Below are positions 58,498 to 64,000 of a stretch of DNA of 64,000 nucleotides, piece after piece. The notes under the pieces are model-generated. The model did not search any database, was not told the DNA's origin, and worked only from the letters and a program-made list of their open reading frames with translations. A program made the translations under genes and the position numbers. Position 1 is the first letter of the stretch, and each line of letters opens with the position of its first letter. The DNA is from Candidatus Altimarinota bacterium (GTDB taxonomy: Bacteria > Patescibacteriota > Gracilibacteria > UBA4473), in NCBI GenBank assembly GCA_965231215.1, contig OZ246423.1:1-64000 (forward strand), read 5' to 3'.

Positions 58498-59586
58498 ATG
58501 CCACCAGCTAAACCTTACATGTCATCGGGAGCCGTACACAGCATCTTCCTCTTTGGAGTGATTGGGATTTTATTAATTTTGACCTTCCTTCTGCTCTCCC
58601 CTTTTCTGACTACCGTTTTTATGGCCGCCATTGTGGCAACTGGAGTCATGCCATTAGTAGATTTTTTAATAGAAAAACGAAAGTGGAATAGGATAGTAGC
58701 CGTTCTAGGGAGTTTTGTAGGAATTATTTTACTCATTTTGGTTCCTGTAACACTACTCGTAGCCTCTTTAGTGGGAGAATCTCTAGTTGTTTCACAAAAA
58801 TTGTTGCAAATGTCGACTGGCTTCCAGGGAAAATTTGAAGCCTTCTTAATGCAGAACGAACTTATTCAAAAAAGATTTCCATTTATCATAGACAAAATAA
58901 ATTTTGAAAATTTTGCTATCGTTACCGGTGATGTAGCGGGAAAACTCAGTGGAACGCTTATTAAATCCGTAGCCGGACTTATTAAGCATATTTCTATTAT
59001 TGTATTACATGCCGTCATATTTTTATTCGCCCTTTGTTATTTCCTCCTCGATGGGAAAAAAATTGTAAAATATATAAAAAAACTGCTTCCCCTTTCCACA
59101 AATCAAAAAACAGAACTTTTCAGAAAAATAAAAGACCTTATGCATGCCATTATTTTTGGGATGTTTGGAGCGGCATTAGCCCAAGGTATAGTATTGGGAA
59201 TAGGGCTAGCCATAGCCGGCATTGAGAATGCTATCTTCTGGGCAGCCGTAGCCACACTACTCGCCCCTATCCCCTATATTGGAATTGGAATTGTGTGGAT
59301 TCCAACTGTCGCCTGGTTATTTATGAATGGAACTTACGGAACCGCTATTTTCTTACTCGCCTGGTGTCTTATTTTTGTAGTCAATATCGATAATATTGTG
59401 AAGCCCCTTATCATTGGGTCACGAAGTATGCTCCATCCATTTGCAATCATGCTGGTAATTTTTGGAGGGATTCTGTCTTTTGGATTTAAAGGACTCATTT
59501 TTGGTCCGCTTATTCTAACTCTACTATTTGCCTTCCTTCATATATACGAATTGGAATACGTGGATAAAAAAGCTCCAAAAATATAA
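58498..59586 (+). CDS. AI-2E family transporter
   Basis: YFLLDG, APIPYIG, DNIVKPLIIG, GLIFGP. Confidence 0.92.
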   Translation: MPPAKPYMSSGAVHSIFLFGVIGILLILTFLLLSPFLTTVFMAAIVATGVMPLVDFLIEKRKWNRIVAVLGSFVGIILLILVPVTLLVASLVGESLVVSQKLLQMSTGFQGKFEAFLMQNELIQKRFPFIIDKINFENFAIVTGDVAGKLSGTLIKSVAGLIKHISIIVLHAVIFLFALCYFLLDGKKIVKYIKKLLPLSTNQKTELFRKIKDLMHAIIFGMFGAALAQGIVLGIGLAIAGIENAIFWAAVATLLAPIPYIGIGIVWIPTVAWLFMNGTYGTAIFLLAWCLIFVVNIDNIVKPLIIGSRSMLHPFAIMLVIFGGILSFGFKGLIFGPLILTLLFAFLHIYELEYVDKKAPKI

Positions 59587-59660
59587 TCTCAAGCCTCTTA
59601 TTTTCCCTTCATCAAATTAGGAGGTTAAACCAATTCAACTTTTGGTTAGCACAGAAAATA

Positions 59661-60542
59661 CTAAGAGTCCAAAGTATAGAGTTTACCTTTAAATCCCTTA
59701 GACTGCCAAATTTGGCCCTGAGGACTCACTAACAGAGCTTCTAAATCATCTGTTTTTTTGGTAAAAGCCTGAGCTTCTTCAAACCCCATAACAAAAAGGG
59801 CGGTACTCATAGCATCACAAAAAGCCCCAGAGTGATTCGATTGGACATAGACTGATTTCATTCGATCAGCCGGCTTTTGGTTTTTGATGTCTATAAGGTG
59901 ATGAAACTGTCTCCAAGCTCTACGACTAGGAGAAGAACTACAGGCAAAAAAATTATCAAGCACTGTTTCGCCTATAACTTTTTCATTCGTACGAGGATCT
60001 TCAAAATAAATTTTCCAAGGCCCAGTTGCATCTTCACCTTTAGCATAGATATCGCCGCCTCCATTAATGAAGTAATTTTTCACCCCAGCCTCATGCAATA
60101 TTGTTCGGGTCTGATCTAAAAAATAACCTTTCCCAAAACAACCAAAATCTATAGGGGCACTAATCTTAACCTCACAACTCTCTGGATGTAGTGCTATATC
60201 GCCTAAAGCTCCAAAGTCCTTCTTAGGCCTAAGACTATAATGTTCATCATAACCCCAAGCATCTAAAGTAGACTTAACGGTGCAGTCTATAATTCCACCT
60301 GTCTGAATTTTAAAATTTTGCGCCATTTGGCAGAGTTCAAAAAACTCAGGATCAATATGAGTCCAGGTATCTAAATTTTGATTTAGCTGTGAGAGTTTTG
60401 AAGTTGCAATAAACCGAGAATAATCCTGTTCAATACGATCGGCCTCCCTAAACACTAGGTCTAACATCGCTTTTGACTCAGCTTCAAATCTTACATAAAT
60501 CTGAGTCCCCAAATATTCGGCTTGATGGAAAAAATAAGGCAT
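59661..60542 (-). CDS. apbE: FAD:protein FMN transferase
   Basis: SRFIATSKLSQLN, IDFGCFGKGY, INGGGDI, HHLID, DAMSTALF. Confidence 0.92.
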   Translation of the reverse strand: MPYFFHQAEYLGTQIYVRFEAESKAMLDLVFREADRIEQDYSRFIATSKLSQLNQNLDTWTHIDPEFFELCQMAQNFKIQTGGIIDCTVKSTLDAWGYDEHYSLRPKKDFGALGDIALHPESCEVKISAPIDFGCFGKGYFLDQTRTILHEAGVKNYFINGGGDIYAKGEDATGPWKIYFEDPRTNEKVIGETVLDNFFACSSSPSRRAWRQFHHLIDIKNQKPADRMKSVYVQSNHSGAFCDAMSTALFVMGFEEAQAFTKKTDDLEALLVSPQGQIWQSKGFKGKLYTLDS

Positions 60543-60654
60543 AGCTATTCCTTTTCCCTAAAAACTCTCCAAATCAGTTCAGGCCCCCATTCCACTCCGG
60601 CCTCATAAGGAACTATTAGTAAAAGGGGGAAACTTTTTGATCTCATAGTAATAT

Positions 60655-61131
60655 TTAAGCTTCAACCCTAAGTTGAGATAGAGCGTCATTAAATCCAGTT
60701 GAAGTTAGGGAAGATCCATTGACCACACTTGGGAGGTCTTGTATTTCTGAAATATTTTTCCCAATAACAAAATCACCGGCTTTCCCTTCATAAAGTACTT
60801 GGTACTCTCGACTCGTTTTATGCTGAGGATTACCCTGGAGGCTAAAGGCACTAATAACGCCCTCTTGAACTGTAAAACTAACCGTCATTTCAGTCTCTCC
60901 TTTTGGAGTGCCATAATTCGTAGCATAGGAAAATGTGCCAGAAACTCCGGTTGATTCTGTTGTAACTTCCACAGGAGGTTCTTGACTGACAGGTAATTCA
61001 GTTTCTTCAGTTGCAGTAGTTTCTGTTTCTCCTGTTGTTGAAGATGGAGTTGGTAGTGTTGTTCCCTCTTTATCACAACCAGCCACCACTAAAAGCCCTA
61101 CAAACAGAAGCCAGTTTCGTGTTTTTCTCAT
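60655..61131 (-). CDS. Lipoprotein with FMN-binding-like domain (putative ApbE substrate)
   Basis: Lipobox VAGC, T/E-rich linker, Y.TP.G..MTVSFTV..GVI, VVNGSSLTSTGF resembling the SGA(S/T) flavinylation site. Confidence 0.7.
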   Translation of the reverse strand: MRKTRNWLLFVGLLVVAGCDKEGTTLPTPSSTTGETETTATEETELPVSQEPPVEVTTESTGVSGTFSYATNYGTPKGETEMTVSFTVQEGVISAFSLQGNPQHKTSREYQVLYEGKAGDFVIGKNISEIQDLPSVVNGSSLTSTGFNDALSQLRVEA

Positions 61132-61356
61132 TGATTAAAATATAAAAATTTCAACCCGCATACTAGATGAACCTAGGCTAAAAGTAAAACGAAAACTTGC
61201 TCCAAAAACAATGACCGCTAAAATCTCTTGGCGCTCTTAACCAAATTCAAAGCCGAGAACATAAGCGCACTTTTAATCTGGAAGGCAAGCGTTCATAGAG
61301 CCAGGTAATACCTGGACAGAGTAAAGGCCTATGATGCGCCAAATCAATAACTACAA

Positions 61357-61441
61357 GCCCAGGTGGCGGAACTGGTAGACGCGCACGACTCAAAATCGTG
61401 TTCCGCAAGGAGTGAGGGTTCGATTCCCTCCCTGGGCACCA
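61357..61441 (+). tRNA. tRNA-Leu(CAA)
   Basis: Anticodon arm CACGA-CT-CAA-AA-TCGTG, long variable arm, ACCA end. Confidence 0.95.
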
Positions 61442-61534
61442 TCACCAATACAATCCTCCTTTATGAAGGTTTTTATTTGTGATTTTTTCACGACAGTGAA
61501 AACAAGCAAGGCAAGTATTCCCCCCTAAAATACC

Positions 61535-62623
61535 TTATTTTTTTTCTATTTTTGGTTGTGCTTTTTTAGTCTCTACTGTTTGAGCTTCAGATTTTGGTGG
61601 ATTAGCCGCATAAGCTAGGTTCTCAGGTTTCAAATCTTCAGCTGAATATCCGGCATAAGCTGGGTTAAAATCTGGTTTAACATTAGCAGCTTCAAGCAAG
61701 TTTCGATCATACGGATCAAGAGAGAGCGTTCTGATAGGGAATGGAATAGTAATTCCCGCATCATCAAACCCTTGTTTGATGTATTGAATTACTTCTGACT
61801 GGATACTCCACCATCTTACGGTTGATTCAATCCAGAACCGCACCTCGATCAAAATAGCTGAATCACCAAACTCTAAGGTCAAAGCCTCTGGATGAGGTTC
61901 TGGCACAACTTGAGGATGTTTTTTGACAGCGGCTAAGGCCGTTTCAATAGCATAAGGCAAAGGCGTTGAGTAATGCACTCCCACTTGGACTGAAATACGA
62001 CGGAAACTATTGGCCGTAAGGTTTTGTACCACTTCGGTTAGCATATCCGCATTAGGGATAATCAAACTTGTACCATCAAAGGCTTGAACTTCAGTTACCC
62101 GCATTTCCATATTGGTAATACGGCCAAGCTTTCCGTTTATATTAATAATATCATCAATCTTAAACTTCTTTTGGGTCAAGATTACCATTCCCCCAATAAT
62201 ATTGGCGAGAAGGTCTCTAAAAGCAAAACCCAGTCCCAAAGAAAGGGGCCCCATAACCCAGGTCAGGTCAATTCCTACAATACTAAAAGCAATAACGCCT
62301 CCTAAAATAATAATCGTAAAGAAAACCGCCCGTTCGATAAGCAGAATTACCTCTTTATGCATTTCGTACTTTCGACGTTTCATAATACGCCCGGCCACAA
62401 TTTTAGCGGCAAAGAAAGCAATAAAGATAAAGATCAAAAAGAGAAAAATAGCAATCCCCCATTTCACAATCTCACCCCAAACTCCAAATCCACTAAGCCA
62501 ACCATCATCATTATTGTTGTTATTGGCTAGTACGGTCCCTAGCGGCAAAAAAACCGCTCCCAAAGCCAGGTTTAACTGTACTCTAAGCCATTTAATTTGG
62601 GTTTGAAGGGTATTTTTCAACAT
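61535..62623 (-). CDS. mscS: Small-conductance mechanosensitive channel
   Basis: LGLGFAFRDLLANIIGG, IIPNA, GITIPFP. Confidence 0.93.
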   Translation of the reverse strand: MLKNTLQTQIKWLRVQLNLALGAVFLPLGTVLANNNNNDDGWLSGFGVWGEIVKWGIAIFLFLIFIFIAFFAAKIVAGRIMKRRKYEMHKEVILLIERAVFFTIIILGGVIAFSIVGIDLTWVMGPLSLGLGFAFRDLLANIIGGMVILTQKKFKIDDIININGKLGRITNMEMRVTEVQAFDGTSLIIPNADMLTEVVQNLTANSFRRISVQVGVHYSTPLPYAIETALAAVKKHPQVVPEPHPEALTLEFGDSAILIEVRFWIESTVRWWSIQSEVIQYIKQGFDDAGITIPFPIRTLSLDPYDRNLLEAANVKPDFNPAYAGYSAEDLKPENLAYAANPPKSEAQTVETKKAQPKIEKK

Positions 62624-62748
62624 TAAAATTCGAAAAAAATCCCCTAATTATACCAAAAAATAAAGGGCTTTACAATACTTAGTTAGCCAAAAAGTCTTAA
62701 AAACGAGAAGCACGAACAAAGCAAAAACCCACAGTTTTCCAAGTATCT

Positions 62749-64000
62749 TTAATATTTCTGGGCTCTTTCAGCATAAGATAAAATTTCTAATTCAGAAATA
62801 TCAGAAATTTGAGTCATACTTCGTGCCAAAAGCTTTGATAATTGGAGGTTTGTAAGCAGTGGAATATTTCTATCGACAGCTTTACGACGGATTAAATATC
62901 CATCAGAGATTTCTTCATGAGAAAACCTATTTGAGGTGTTTATAACCAGTCCTACCTCTTTATCCTCAATCATGTCTACCACGTTGGGATGGGCTCCAGA
63001 AGAAACTTTATGAACCATCTCACATTCATATCCATTGTCTTGTAAAAATTTGGCAGTGTTCTCAGTCCCTACAAAGCCAAACCCAAGACGGTAGAATTTT
63101 TTGGCAATAGGCAAAAAATTCGCTTTGTCTTTAATGGTTCCAAGCGTTACCAAAATCTTGGTTCCTTTCTCTGGCAGAGAAAATCCAATTGAGATCATAC
63201 TTTTTAAAAATGCTTCTTCCATCGTATCTCCAAAACAAGCCACTTCTCCAGTAGAGCTCATCTCTACGCCTAGGTTTGGATCAGCATTTTTGAGTCGAGA
63301 AAAAGAAAACTGTGCCGCTTTAAGCCCTACCGATTGAACTTCCAATGGGTTTTTTTCCTGTGGCTTGAGGGTTTCTCCCATCCAAATTCGTGTCGCAATA
63401 TCAATGAAATTTTGACTTAAAACTTTAGAAGCAAAAGGAAAACTCCGGCTGGCTCTTAGGTTGCATTCAATCACTTTAATTTCATTTTCTCGCGCCAAAA
63501 ACTGGATATTGAATGGTCCCGAAATATTTAGCCTTTTAGCTAATTTATTAGCAATTTGCCGAACTCTTCGCACCGTTTCTAAGTAGAGGTTTTGAGGAGG
63601 CAAAACAATCGTAGCATCTCCTGAGTGTACTCCAGCATTTTCAATATGTTCAGCAATAGCGGAGACAATAATTTCACCGTTTTGAGCCACTCCATCAAAT
63701 TCAATTTCCTTAGCGTTATCCAAAAATTTACTAATCACTACAGAACTTTTAGTCGTTCCTACCGCTGACTTTAGGTAACTTTCTAACATATCATGATCCA
63801 TCGCCACCGCCATAGCCGCTCCTGAAAGGACAAAACTTGGCCGGACTAAAACAGGGTAACCCACTTCATCAGCAAAACGGTAAGCCTCTTTTAGGTTTTC
63901 AAAGCTGGCCCAAGCTGGCTGATCAATTCCTAACTCATCACAAAGTGCTGAAAATTTTTCTCTGTCTTCACAAGCTTCCACAGACTCGACCGGGGTTCCT
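62749..64000 (-). CDS. carB: Carbamoyl-phosphate synthase large subunit (C-terminal part; 5' end outside window)
   Basis: EDREKF, GYPVLVRPSFVLSG, EHIENAGVHSGD, IECNLRASRS, EMSSTGEV, MGS domain; frame open to the window edge. Confidence 0.97.
   Translation of the reverse strand, partial: GTPVESVEACEDREKFSALCDELGIDQPAWASFENLKEAYRFADEVGYPVLVRPSFVLSGAAMAVAMDHDMLESYLKSAVGTTKSSVVISKFLDNAKEIEFDGVAQNGEIIVSAIAEHIENAGVHSGDATIVLPPQNLYLETVRRVRQIANKLAKRLNISGPFNIQFLARENEIKVIECNLRASRSFPFASKVLSQNFIDIATRIWMGETLKPQEKNPLEVQSVGLKAAQFSFSRLKNADPNLGVEMSSTGEVACFGDTMEEAFLKSMISIGFSLPEKGTKILVTLGTIKDKANFLPIAKKFYRLGFGFVGTENTAKFLQDNGYECEMVHKVSSGAHPNVVDMIEDKEVGLVINTSNRFSHEEISDGYLIRRKAVDRNIPLLTNLQLSKLLARSMTQISDISELEILSYAERAQKY

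Noticed and set aside
60543-60654. Possible FMN riboswitch upstream of apbE
   Set aside because: Lacks the conserved RFN sequence blocks.
1-64000. Genetic code 25 (UGA=Gly) in active use
   Set aside because: Conserved Gly-rich genes (purF, eno, clpB, carB) are intact under code 11 with no in-frame TGA.
1-64000. CRISPR array, rRNA, prophage or intact IS element
   Set aside because: I saw no regularly spaced repeats, rRNA signatures, phage structural genes or transposase motifs.

Overview
A 64-kb, AT-rich bacterial chromosomal segment that reads cleanly in genetic code 11. The gene content suggests a Patescibacteria/CPR organism, perhaps Peregrinibacteria-like, but this is inference only. Backbone genes include purF, purM, partial carB, eno, galU, trxA, msrA, clpB (with a CIRCE operator), recO, ftsX, hpf, mscS, apbE and five tRNAs (His, Glu, Ser, Pro, Leu). 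Main accessory content: (1) a >2,400-aa secreted multidomain protein running off the left edge and missing from the ORF track; (2) a ~9.7-kb integrase-less defence island at the 3' end of tRNA-Ser, bounded by an 11-bp direct repeat and encoding XRE, Type III R-M, Gabija, a ParB-like protein and a Zn-ribbon protein in one apparent operon; (3) the top candidate for a new system, a 1,670-aa signal-peptide/coiled-coil protein tipped with a GHSLG lipase, followed by an ankyrin lipoprotein (immunity-like) and an SLH protein. This third locus looks like a stalked polymorphic toxin-immunity system. Also present: a decayed GIY-YIG gene in palindromic repeats, a Flp-pilin-like fragment, sortase-type signals, structured leaders before two tRNAs, and near-absence of TGA stop codons. 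All calls are from manual motif reading; no database searches were run.
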